DNA of 64,000 nucleotides from Eledone cirrhosa (Eukaryota): NCBI GenBank assembly GCA_964016885.1, contig OZ024746.1, positions 76,198,001 to 76,262,000 of the forward strand, read 5' to 3'. Shown piece by piece: positions 23,745 to 36,371 of this stretch (position 1 is its first letter; each line of letters starts with the position of its first letter). The notes under the pieces were generated by a model. It saw only the letters and a program-made list of their open reading frames with translations, ran no database searches and was not told where the DNA came from. The position numbers and the translations under genes were made by a program.

Positions 23745-26403
23745 ATTCCCCTTCAACTGATTATATTGAATTTATTGTTGTTGTTGTTGTTATCATTATC
23801 GTTACTTTTTTTGTAGTTTCATATGAGTTTTTACTGAATTATCTAGTGCACCTCAATATTACTGAGGTGTGAGTATAATCATGTTTATCTTAGTGCACTG
23901 CATCAGTCTTGTTTTTGTTTTGCTTTTATGTGGGTTTAGTTTGTTGTTTCTTGTGTTATTTTAGTGGCTGTTCTGTCATGTATGTTATGTGTAATGGGAG
24001 TTGTGTAATTTAATTGGTGTTAATCTTGTAGAGTATATGTTCAGTTGTTTTATTTTATTATGTGGTTATTGTATAAAGGGCATGTTGAATCAATAATGTC
24101 CTATGGACATCATGTTATGTTGTGAGTTCTTCTTCTTCTTCTTCTTCTTCTTCTTCTTCTTCTTCTTCTTCTTCTTCTTCTTCTTCTTCTTCTTCTTCTT
24201 CTTCTCACTTATTCATGGGGCAAATTCCTCAGACATACTTTCCAGAGGGTCCTATCAGAAGAAACTGCCTCCAAATGATCTGGTGGGATCCCTGAGCAAG
24301 ATACTTGAATTTTTCCACCTACTTCAGTGGAACTTCACTCACATGGAGGATGCACTGTGCAGGCTTTCTTGAGAGGACAGGTGTCCTAGTCTTCATATTC
24401 AAAATATCGAAATCAATTGTTGAGAAACATTTGCAGATATTGTCTTCTGTTTCAGTTAAATGCAAGACAGGAGCTTAAAGAGATGGGTTGGATGAGTTGT
24501 CAATCCTCCAAGCCCCAGAGTGGCCACTGAATTTGTTTTTAACTGTCTAAGAAAGGGAAGTAACTGAGTCAATCTTCATACAATGGTCAATTGTTGAATA
24601 ATCACAGTTCACACACACACGCACACACACACACACACACAGTTCTTCAAATGTATTAGGTTAGAATATAGTTAGATGCTTGCATTCTTCTATGAATATG
24701 ATTCTCTGAATTGTATGTTTAATAAATTTTTGTAAAAAAAGACTGTGCTAAGCTTGAGTAATATTGATAAACTGGTGTTGCCACTGATATACATATATCA
24801 TCGTTTAACGGACATTAAGCAAAGAAGATGATGATGATGATGAGGATGATGATGATGAGATGACATTAAGCGAAGAAGATGATGATGATGATGATGATGA
24901 TTATTTATCTATCTTTACCTCCCAACACTTTCAAGAATAAATTATTATATTCAATAATAACTTAAAACGAAATAAAAACAAGTTTTCTTTCACTTAATTT
25001 TATGTTCTTATTTATTATGCATGAATTAGCTATATTTACCTAATTAGATTATGAAATGGAGAGAAATGAAGCAGCATGCTTTGATGGATGTGTGATGTTA
25101 ATATATGAACAACAAAGCATGGATGGTTTGAGAGAAAAACTGAGTATAAGAAGAGACAAATGTAATGTGAAAGAGATAGACATGTGATGAATTTGAATGA
25201 TGATTGTTGGGAGAAGTGCGAGGAGATCCCAGTTGAAGGAAACTGCAAAAAAGGATGACCAAGGAGAACCTAGGTAGAGGCGAGAGTGGATGTTAAAATG
25301 CTGAACTTCTCAAAGGAGATGACAAAGGAATGCAAATAAAGTGAGAAAAGTTGTGTTGAAAAAGACCCATCCAAATATGGACATAAAAAGGGTGATGATG
25401 GTAGTAATGAAGAATGCATATCTGTCGCCCAAGTTCTAAAATGCTGTAAACATGGTGGGAAACCATTTAATTTGTTACATGAAAAATAACTTTTCATGAA
25501 AAAAACCAATGGTGTTGATTAAATTGAATATACTTATAGCTAATTTGGAGCCTGGGCAATGCTGTTAATTCTGTTAGTGCATATATATATATAGCAAAAC
25601 TGTTAATTCTGTTAGTGCATATATATATATAGCAAAACTGTTAATTCTGTTAGTGCATATATATATAGCAAAACCACAACATATTTTTCCCATAATGATT
25701 TTCTTTGACTGCCACACAAAACCACCATAAGACCTACCTGTGACCTCAGAACCAAAAACCTAGATAATATTCTCTTGTAGAAAGCTCACAGCACCAGAGT
25801 CATTGAAAAGAGTACATTTTCTAGTGCCATCTGTTTCCTGTAAAGCAACTAGTGGTTACTATAAATACATTGTCGTTTGACCTTAGCGATACACACTTTC
25901 TGGCATGTTGCCTGATTGACGACACAGCTTGCCACATTTTACTACTACAGTTGTTTCTGTGACAACACAACTGCTGCCTTACTATCAGCTTGTCACTTTT
26001 TAGAGGGAACAACCCAAAGTAAAAAAGTGACTGCTCACACAACACTGAGACCTTATTGATCACTATAATCATTATTGAACACTATAATCATTGATTGCAT
26101 TTACGATTTTAAGCAGTCACGTTTTTCTTTTTGTGAGGTGAAGTAAAGCTATATATATATAATAAACCAGAATTGTTGTATTTGTTGTGTTTGTCTTTTC
26201 TTCACTAACTAGACTTCGCTTCATATATATATGTATATATATTATCCACCTTCCCATGAGCACAGATTGAAGCATACTTATAGTATGCACAACCTTCACC
26301 TCCATCTCCCCTTCCATACACCTCACATCTCATAATACTCCGACCCTCACACATATCCATATATCCACCTCCCCAATCCCCACACATCTTTCCCACCCAA
26401 ATC

Positions 26404-28300
26404 CCCAACCCACGCTGTAAAGTGGTTGGGATGGCAACACAACAAAAAGCGCCCAGCCCACACTGTAAAGTGGTCCTGTAAGTGACATGACAAAAAAGCA
26501 CCTATCCCACACTGTAAAGTGGTCATGAAGGCATTATGACAAAAAAAAGCACCCAGCCCACACCGTAAAGTGGTCATGAAGGCATTATGACAAAAAAAAG
26601 CACCTATCCCACACTGTAAAGTGGTCATGAAGGCATTATGACAAAAAAAAGCACCTATCCCACACTGTAAAGTGGTCATGAAGGCATTATGACAAAAAAA
26701 AGCACCTATCCCACACTGTAAAGTGGTCATGAAGGCATTATGACAAAAAAAAGCACCTATCCCACACTGTAAAGTGGTCATGAAGGCATTATGACAAAAA
26801 AAAGCACCCAGCCCACACTGTAAAGTGGTCATGAAGGCATTATGACAAAAAAAAGCACCCAGCCCACACTGTAAAGTGGTCATGAAGGCATTATGACAAA
26901 AAAAAGCACCTATCCCACACTGTAAAGTGGTCATGAAGGCATTATGACAAAAAAAAGCACCTATCCCACACTGTAAAGTGGTCATGAAGGCATTATGACA
27001 AAAAAAAGCACCTATCCCACACTGTAAAGTGGTCATGAAGGCATTACGACAAAAAAAAGCACCTATCCCACACCGTAAAGTGGTCATGAAGGCATTATGA
27101 CAAAAAAAAGCACCCAGCCCACACTGTAAAGTGGTCATGAAGGCATTATGACAAAAAAAAGCACCCAGCCCACACTGTAAAGTGGTCATGAAGGCATTAT
27201 GACAAAAAAAAGCACCTATCCCACACTGTAAAGTGGTCATGAAGGCATTATGACAAAAAAAAGCACCTATCCCACACTGTAAAGTGGTCATGAAGGCATT
27301 ATGACAAAAAAAAGCACCTATCCCACACTGTAAAGTGGTCATGAAGGCATTATGACAAAAAAAAGCACCCAGCCCACACTGTAAAGTGGTCATGAAGGCA
27401 TTATGACAAAAAAAAGCACCTATCCCACACTGTAAAGTGGTCATGAAGGCATTATGACAAAAAAAAGCACCTATCCCACACTGTAAAGTGGTCATGAAGG
27501 CATTATGACAAAAAAAAGCACCCAGCCCACACTGTAAAGTGGTCCTGTAAGTGACATGACAAAAAAGCACCTATCCCACACTGTAAAGTGGTCATGAAGG
27601 CATTATGACAAAAAAAAGCACCCAGCCCACACCGTAAAGTGGTCATGAAGGCATTATGACAAAAAAAAGCACCTATCCCACACTGTAAAGTGGTCATGAA
27701 GGCATTATGACAAAAAAAAGCACCTATCCCACACTGTAAAGTGGTCATGAAGGCATTATGACAAAAAAAAGCACCTATCCCACACTGTAAAGTGGTCATG
27801 AAGGCATTATGACAAAAAAAAGCACCTATCCCACACTGTAAAGTGGTCATGAAGGCATTATGACAAAAAAAAGCACCCAGCCCACACTGTAAAGTGGTCA
27901 TGAAGGCATTATGACAAAAAAAAGCACCTATCCCACACTGTAAAGTGGTCATGAAGGCATTATGACAAAAAAAAGCACCCAGCCCACACTGTAAAGTGGT
28001 CATGAAGGCATTATGACAAAAAAAAGCACCTATCCCACACTGTAAAGTGGTCATGAAGGCATTATGACAAAAAAAAGCACCTATCCCACACTGTAAAGTG
28101 GTCATGAAGGCATTATGACAAAAAAAAGCACCCAGCCCACACTGTAAAGTGGTCCTGTAAGTGACATGACAAAAAAAAGCACCCAGCCCACACTGTAAAG
28201 TGGTCCTGTAAGTGACATGACAAAAAAAAGCACCCAGCCCACACTGTAAAGTGGTCATATAGGTGTCACAACAAAAAACACCTAGTTCTCACTGTAATTG
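26404..28300 (+). repeat. 51-bp minisatellite, about 36 units, expanded inside an RTE 3' UTR
   Basis: Unit CCCACACTGTAAAGTGGTCATGAAGGCATTATGACAAAAAAAAGCACCTAT; 17-aa period in the spurious ORFs; followed by the RTE 3' end and (GAT)n at about 28300-28480. Confidence 0.95.
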
Positions 28301-28479
28301 TGGTTGGTGTTAGGAAGGGCATCCAGCTGTAGAAACCAACCCCAAATCAGTTCTGTATGAGCAGGACATGGTTACCTGACCTGGCCTCACAACTACAACT
28401 TATCTAACCCATGCTAGCATGGAAAAAATGGACGTTAAACAGTGATGATTATAATGATGATGATGATGATGATGATGAT

Positions 28480-30830
28480 ATTGAAGGGGTCCATAGGGGT
28501 TATGGATTCGGTACTAGAAATGAAGAAGGTTCCAGGCGTCTGGAATTCTGCAATGCCAATGATTAATCTATATATAACACAAACTTAAAAAAACCAGACT
28601 TGATCACCTATAGATCAGGTAAGCATACCAGCCAGATAGACTTTATCCTCACCAGAATACAAGACAGAGTGACGGCTGTAAACACAAAGTCTCTCCCTGG
28701 TGAAAAATATACCAAAGGTGTGAGGTGTTCAGGATTGCAAGGCAGTGTGTCAGGGAAAATTATGATGTTGATAGAGAGAAATGTGTCTGAGATGATAATG
28801 GTGTACTTGCACTCACTAATGCTGAAAAGAAGATAGAATGGAAGTGCCACTATGAAAGACTACTGAATGAGGAAAATGCATGGGGAGAAGATAGTTCACC
28901 CTAAGTAAACCCAACAGAGGAACCAATGGTACAATCCAGCAATCGTAGTAAGTAAGGCAATCAAGGATATGAAAACAGGCAAAGCAGCTGGACCTTCTTG
29001 GATAGTTGCCGAGATGTTAAAAGCATCTGGGATGGTGGGTCACACCTTAACCATCTGTATAGTAAACCAAGTAATACAAAATAGTGTCATACCCAATGAC
29101 TGGTGTAGCAGTACCATCGTCAACTGCTACAAGGGCAAAAGAGATGTTCTAGACAGAACACTATAGAGGTATCAAGTTGATTGAGCAGCTCATGAACGTC
29201 ACAGAAAGAGTTATAGCACAACTGATCAGACATCAAGTTAACCTAGGTGAGATGCAGTTTGAATTTGTACCAGGTAAAAGTACCACTGATGCCCTCTTCC
29301 TTGTGAGGCAAACTCAGGAGAAGTACCTAAATCCCCTATACTTGGATTTGTAGACCCAGAGAAAACTTTTGACAGAGTCCCTCATTCCATTATCTGCTGG
29401 GCTCTTAGAAAATTAGGAGTAGATAAGTGGCTTGTGAGGGCAGTACAAGCCATGTATAGAGGAACAGTCAGCAAGGTTAGAATTAACAACGACTATAGTG
29501 AAGAATTAGTGTTTAAATAGGAGTACATCAAGGCTCCATTCTTAGCCCTCTCCTGTTTATTATCGTCCTATAGGCTATAACAGAAGATTTTAAGACTGGC
29601 TGCCTATAGGAGCTTCTGTGTGGAGATGATTTAACCCTTAGAGTTGAATCTATGGCAGATCTAGAGAAGAAATTCCAAACCTAGAAGCAAGGCCTGGAAT
29701 TTAAGTCTTAAAGTCAACCTGGCAAAGACCAAAGTCCTAGTATGTAGAAAGGATAACAGGGCCCAGATTCCCCCAGGGAAATGGCCTTGCTCAGTGTCTC
29801 AGAAAGGAATAGGTAGAAATTCCATCCTATGCCCCTAATGCAAACTAGTGGGATTTCAGGTAGGCTAGCAAAGAACACGGGTTTTATATGTGGTCGTTGC
29901 ATAGGTGCAGTAAGTAGCAACAGCCCTTTAAATACCCAGAGGGCTCAGTAGAAGTTTCCATTACCTGGTGACCAAATTAGCAGTGGAGGTGGATGTTCCA
30001 AAAGTACTGTAGCTAGATTGAGAATGGAATGGAGAAAGCTACTACTGCTGCTAACCACAAAAGGTTTTTCCCTCTAAATGAAGGGCAGATTGTATGATGT
30101 GTGTATATGAACAGCAAAGTTGCACGGAAGTGAGACCTGGGCACTGTGTACAGAGGATCTACGAAGATTGAAAAGAAACAAAGCTTCCATGCTTTGATGA
30201 GCGGCAAAGCATAAATGAACTGAGAGAGAAACTGGACATAAGAGTGATCAGATGCAGTGTGCAGGAGAGGAGAATGCATTGATATAGCCATGTGCTCTGT
30301 ATGAAGGATGACAGCTGTATAAAAAGGTGCATGGGTCTCAAAGTTAACAGAATCTATGGTGTAGCAAGACCTAGGAAGACTTGGGATGAGGTGATAAAAG
30401 CTGACCATGCACAATTGCACCTCTTGAAGCCGATAACACAGGATTGAGATTTCTGGCACTATGCAGAAGACCTGCCTTCTCATGTGCACGGGCTGGCATA
30501 CATCTTGTATGTACTACCTTCCCCTCCCCCTTCCATACACCTCCACATCCTAACACCCCTCCCTTCGTCCACATCCCTCCCCTCTTGCACCTTCCACATC
30601 CTAACACCTCACCTATGCCCAAACACTCTGCTCCTCACATACCTTCCCACCCAGGTCCCCACTCACATTGTAAAGTGGTTGTGTAGGTGCCAGGACAAAA
30701 AGCGCCCAGACCACACTGTAAAGTGGCCCGGTAGGTATCACAACGAAAAGCACCTAGTACCCACTGTAAATATAGTTGGCGTTAGGAAGAGCATCCAGCT
30801 GTAGCAACCAAGCCAAAACCAGTTCTGTCT
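28480..30830 (+). mobile_element. Degenerate RTE-clade LINE (APE endonuclease and RT remnants plus 3' UTR)
   Basis: GFGTRNEEG, ITYRSGKHTSQIDFIL, MKTGKAAGPSWIVAEML, GVHQGS-like motifs; many stops; an inverted 3' UTR copy follows at about 30870-31230. Confidence 0.85.
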
Positions 30831-31654
30831 GATCTTGTCCATTTGTGAGCAATGCCATGTCATGCTCCTACAGAACTGATTTTGGCTTGGTTTCTACAGC
30901 TGGATGCCCTTCCTAATGCCAACCACATTTATAGTGAGTACTGGGTGCTTTTTACCGTGACACCTATGCAACCACTTAACAGTGTGGGCTGGGTGCTTTT
31001 TGTTGTGACACCTACACGACCACTTTACAATGTGGGCTGGATGCTTTTTGTCGTGTCACCATCATGACCACTGTACAGTGATGGCTGGAGGCTTCACTAG
31101 ATGTATGCTTAAGTCAGTCCTCATGGGAGATGTATGGGAAGATAGGGTGGGGGTGGGGTGGTACACACTATATATATATGCTTCAGTTTCAGCCTGTGCT
31201 CTGGGAAGGCAGGTCTTTTGTATTCCTGCATAAGATTCAAATTAAAACTATTTTAACAACTGATAACCAGGATCTCGCTTATTGAATCTGATATATAAAA
31301 TTAAGCATGCCGTGTATAGTTTCAAAATGTGACCTGACTAATAGAGTTACTATAATTTAACATGCCATTCCTCTACACAGTAATTAGAGTATCAGAAAAA
31401 ATGTTTCATGGCAGTTGTTCCAGGTCTTTAAATTCTGTGTTGAAGTCCTGCTGGTCAACCTTTCTTGTCATCTTTCTTCTGTTGATAAAATAATGTACTA
31501 GCTAAGTAGTGGGGTTGACATACTTAACTTCCCCCTTCCCTGATTGCTGGCCTAGTGCCAATGCTAGAAAGAATTGTTGAACAAATAAAAAAATTACTAT
31601 TATTATTTTTTAAAGAAATAGATTCTTTTTTATTTCAAAACTAAAAAAAAAATC

Positions 31655-31940
31655 TTTGCATCCTACTCTTATAAACGGATCGATATTTTGTTTCTGTGGG
31701 AGTATTTATAAAGAAACATTCTATTGAATACATATTCTAGTGTCAAATTATATTATGTTGGAATTATAAGAGTGACAAACATATGTTCTTGTGATAATTG
31801 ATTCACTAGTCAATAGTGTAAACTATGAAAATCATGTATCCAGCTGGCCAGATAGAATTGGTTCAACATTACCAGAAAAAAAGCTTCTATTGTATTGTAA
31901 TAACATAAACAGCCGTTCTTAAGGAATCAGGAATCCCTGA
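31655..31940 (+). promoter_or_regulatory. Conserved non-coding block upstream of gene B (candidate enhancer)
   Basis: Paralog of 10751-11045, e.g. the shared CATGTATCCAGCTGGCCAGATAGAATTGGTTCAACATTACCA. Confidence 0.5.
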
Positions 31941-32064
31941 ATTATAGCAGTAAAATGTTGATTATATATATATAAAATATGCTTGGAAGAAAATCTTGAA
32001 CAAAAATAAAATATCAATAAAAACTGTAACACAACAATATAGAGATTAACAATATCATCACACA

Positions 32065-32800
32065 TTTGTGTGGATGTGTGTGTGTGAGGAGTATATGTGA
32101 ATGTGAATGTGTGTGCATGTGTGTGAGGAGGAGTATATATGAATGTGTGTGTGTGTGTGAATATATGTGAATGTGGATGTGTGCATGTGTGTGTGAATAT
32201 ATGTGAATGTGGATGTGTGCATGTGTGTGTGAATATATGTGGATGAGGGTGTGTGCATGTGTGTGTGTGAATATATATGAATGTGGTGAATGTGAGTGTG
32301 TGCATGTGTGTGTGTGAATATATGTGAATGTAGGTGTGTGCATGTGTGTGTGTGTGTGTGTGGGAGTATTGAATATATATGAATGTGGTGAATGTGAGTG
32401 TGTGCATGTGTGTGTGTGAATATATGTGAATGTAGGTGTGTGCATGTGTGTGTGTGTGTGTGTGTGTGAGTATTGAATATATATGAATGTGGTGAATGTG
32501 AGTGTGTGCATGTGTGTGTGTGAATATATGTGAATGTAGGTGTGTGCATGTGTGTGTGTGTGTGTGTGAGTATTGAATATATATGAATGTGGTGAATGTG
32601 AGTGTGTGCATGTGTGTGTGTGAATGTATGTGAATGTAGGTGTGTGCATGTGTGTGTGTGTGAGTATATGTGAATGTGGATGTGTGTATGTGTGTGTGAA
32701 TATTTGTGAATGTGGGTATGTGCACCCAACAATCATCCATGTGCATCACATGTCCATACCAACACAGTCTTCTCTTGTACACTACATCTGATTCCTCTTA
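32065..32800 (-). repeat. TG-rich compound satellite next to an RTE 3' ORF remnant
   Basis: Repeating GTGAATATATGTGAATGT/GTGTGCATGTGTG units; RLCWYGHVMHMD remnant at 32720-32800. Confidence 0.8.
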
Positions 32801-33029
32801 ACCCTTTAGAATTTAAACCGGCTGTATCCGGCCAGAATTATCTCGCCTCATATAAAGGCAAAGAACATTTTTAATCTCAATATGATTTTATAGTCCATAG
32901 CAAAATAGGTAATGACCAGTTCAGAGTTTAATCCAATAGGTAAATTTCCAATCACAGTAGTGTTATAATCTCACAGAGCATGTATATAAAAACGAAAGAT
33001 TAAAGAAGGATTTTTATTATTGTGATTGG

Positions 33030-33262
33030 CAGTACCGGTAGAAGGTTTCCACTGCCAGGGGAGCAACCTCAGCCCGACGTGCAGCTGAACCTGGGTCAGT
33101 CGCAGACTGCACCAGGTTGCGGCTGCAGAAAGTGTTGGTGCAAGTGGCATCCCAGACGAGGGGTTTGCCACCGTGGAACGGGAAGATGGTCATGCCATCT
33201 GGCCTTTTGCAGTCACCTCGATCCAGCCCCACCGGCTCGAGCTGGGAAGGGAAGCCTGCAGG
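33030..33262 (-). mobile_element. CRE-like non-LTR RLE-domain fragment
   Basis: KRPDGMTIFPFHGGKPLVWDATCTNTF, a PD-(D/E)xK-like motif typical of CRE-type elements. Confidence 0.6.
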
Positions 33263-34969
33263 AGATAGATTACTTTAAGAATAAAACTGGGATTATAACA
33301 TAGTATGGACTTCACAATTATATAATAAATAGGAGAGTTGTGGAAAATATACACCTGTAAAATTTGCATGCCTCACAGGAGGTTGCATTTCAAAGGAAAT
33401 TTATGTGGTGTTTTAATGATAGGGACTTCAGTTTGTTCATGTCACAATCTTTCTTTTCCAGTAACAGAAAGCATCATTTGAATTTTGAATGCACAGACCT
33501 TGAACAGTTAATCTCAAGACATCCCAGTTAATGCTCTAATAATTCTGGCAATCCAGCACTCTGGAATGGTAACATGTTTATGGACCCCAAAAAGATAAAA
33601 GATGTAGTTGACATGAGTAATATTTTAACTCAGGCGACAGAGAACCAGAAGAAATAACACAAGTCATTTACTCCAACTCTTTAACAGCTTTTGGTGAAAA
33701 ATTCCATGAATATTGCCTATCCTTTTATAGGGAAAACAGAATTTTTAAGCACCCATTTGCCCACTGTTTACAGTAGTTCAGAATATTGTGTATCTTATAG
33801 AAGAAAACAAAACAGTGCACCATATTTTTTTCTATAAACCAAAGAAAGGAAATTATGAGTAACCAATAAAATTAATAAGTGGACTTTATACTTGTGAAGG
33901 AGCATGGCCTAGTGATTAGGGGTCCAATTCATGATCACACAGTTGCGGGTTTCATGGATTGAGCAGTGTGTTGTTCTCTTGACTAAAATACTTTATTTCC
34001 CTTTGTTTCTTCTGCCAGGAGTTACATCTGACAGATAGTATCAGCAATGGAAAGACCAATGGGAACATTGTTTCCTTGATTCAATATGATGATCAGCTCC
34101 TTTTCTTTCCTTTGTACTTTAAAATTCCTTCAAAGGAATGACTGTAAATACCTAACACTCTAAAGTGCTTAAATTCTCAGATGCTGACAAATATTCTAGA
34201 TATATCTTGTAATATATGCAAAGCTGTGTCATTTCACTATATTTTTCAAATTATCAGAAAGTGCTCAATATTATAACAATAGAGCTATGTACAGTTATTC
34301 CCAGTTATTCCTTTGAAGGAGCATGTCATAGTGGTTATGGTGTTCAGCTCATGATCACAAGGTTGTGAGTTCAATTCATGGTATCACATTACATCTTTCA
34401 GCAAGGCACTTTACTCAATGTTTCTCCAATTCACTCAGCTGGCAAAAATGAGTTTTATCTGTAATTCAAAGAAATAGCCTTGTCACACACTGTGTTGTGC
34501 TGAATCTCCCTGAGAACTACTTTAAGAAGGCAATTGTCTGTGGAATGACGAACCATTTGCATGTTAATTTCATAAGCTGGCTGCTCCATTGTTCAAAGAA
34601 CTGAAGACAGTCAACATCGATGAAAGCCCAACTCAACCAAAACACATTTCAAGAGAATGAAAGTGTGGAACACATAGGTAGAACATGAGAGAAAGAGAGA
34701 GAGAGAGTTATACATGCATACATATATACATATATACATACATATACACATCATACATATATACACACACACATATATGCACACACATACATACACACAT
34801 GCACACATACATACAATCATACAATCATACATACATACACACTCACACACATACACGTATATATATATATACACACACACATATGCATGCACATATATAC
34901 ACACGCATACATACATAGATGCACACACACACACACGCATATACATACACACACATGCACACATACATA

Positions 34970-35582
34970 TGGTGGCTGCCAACACATTTTCGAGTACGGC
35001 CACTACTTTATATCCATGTAGGAGAACCCCTACCGATGCACTGAACGAGTGTGACTTTTTAGTCCAGCCAGCGATTTGAAAACTCTGATACAAACACTAC
35101 ACCTGTGACAATTATTGACACATAGTGCTGGGCCCATGGTACAATCTGATGACAAGTGCAGAGAGATCTCCAGATATAAAGCAATGCCTGTGCCGTGAAG
35201 CTTTTATAGTGAGCAAAGGCACTGCACAAAGCCAGTCCCACTCTCTTAACCAAGATGATATTTACCAAAAAGAAGAACAAGTCAACATCATTGGATACCA
35301 TCAGGGTTGCAGGTGTTATATCAGAGTTTTCCTTCTCTTAGAATTCTGCCTTGACAAAGGCTAAGGGGTCATCTCTCCCGGTGATTTTGGATGGCCATTG
35401 ACTCTTAAGAGCTCCTTTGCCCTTTGACAGGTTTTGTTTTTAGTCCTGCAGGATGTCCAAAGTCACCCTCCACACCAAGAAACCTTGGTGGGGTTGCTAG
35501 ATTAGTCGCCAACGACCCGACCATGAGACAGGTTGTACTGGGATACATGTTACCAGTAGCACCAAGTGGTGACCTGACATAA
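34970..35582 (-). mobile_element. Second copy of the non-autonomous RTE-like element, in (TACA)n upstream of gene B
   Basis: Reverse complement of 3589-4210; extra 3'-end fragment at about 35745-35795. Confidence 0.7.
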
Positions 35583-36230
35583 CATACATACATACATACA
35601 TACATACATACATACATACATACATACATACATACATACATACATACATACATACATCTGCATACATGTATCTATATACATACATACAAACATACATACA
35701 TCTGCATACATATATCCATATACATACATACATATATCTGCATACATGGTGGCTGCCAACTCGTTTTCGAGTACGGCCACTACTTTATATCCATACATAT
35801 ACACACATGCATACACACTCATGCACACATACATACACACATATGCATACACACTCATGCACACATACATACACACATATGCATACACACATACAATCAT
35901 ACATACATACACACTCGCACACATACACATATACATACACATGCACACATACACATACACACATACATACACACTCACACACATACACACATACACACAT
36001 ACATACATTCATACATACATACATATGTTTCATAATAAGACGACAATAGTTAAATAGAAATCTACGAACTATAAAGGTGTCCATTGATGTTTTTTTTTTT
36101 ATTTATTTATTGGTGATCCCTTTTATAGTAGAACTTTCTTAACAATGAATTTAAGAAAAGAACTACATCGCATAACAGGAAATGTGTTTCTTCCTTTCAT
36201 CATGTCTATTCAGTTTCAAAGCAGCTTTGA

Positions 36231-36263
36231 GAATTCAGCAATCTGTTCCACTCTATATATAAA
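36231..36263 (+). promoter_or_regulatory. Gene B core promoter: GAATTCAGCAATCTGTTCC motif plus TATATATAAA
   Basis: Conserved with the gene A promoter, about 45 nt before the ATG. Confidence 0.7.
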
Positions 36264-36298
36264 GTCTAGATGGCCATCAAGAATAACCAAGTTGTGTT

Positions 36299-36371
36299 AT
36301 GGCTTCAACTATGCAGTTCGCAGGCATTTTTGCATTTCTCTGTGCCGTCATGTGCCTTCAAACTCTCTATG
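36299..36371 (+). CDS. Gene B exon 1 (signal peptide)
   Basis: MASTMQFAGIFAFLCAVMCLQTLY-G|gtgggt; TATA box at 36254. Confidence 0.82.

Noticed and set aside
26347-28258. 407-aa and 251-aa repetitive ORFs, and CRISPR-like appearance of the 51-bp array
   Set aside because: The ORFs arise from a stop-free 51-bp unit. There are no unique spacers and no cas genes, and the context is a eukaryotic RTE 3' UTR.
31919-32782. His/Thr-rich ORFs of 224-287 aa in all three minus frames
   Set aside because: Translations of a TG/CA satellite; being open in all frames indicates low complexity, not coding
34611-36084. YVCM/HTYI-repeat ORFs
   Set aside because: (TACA)n/(CA)n microsatellite translations; the same applies at 1155, 2750, 3477, 54357 and 56506
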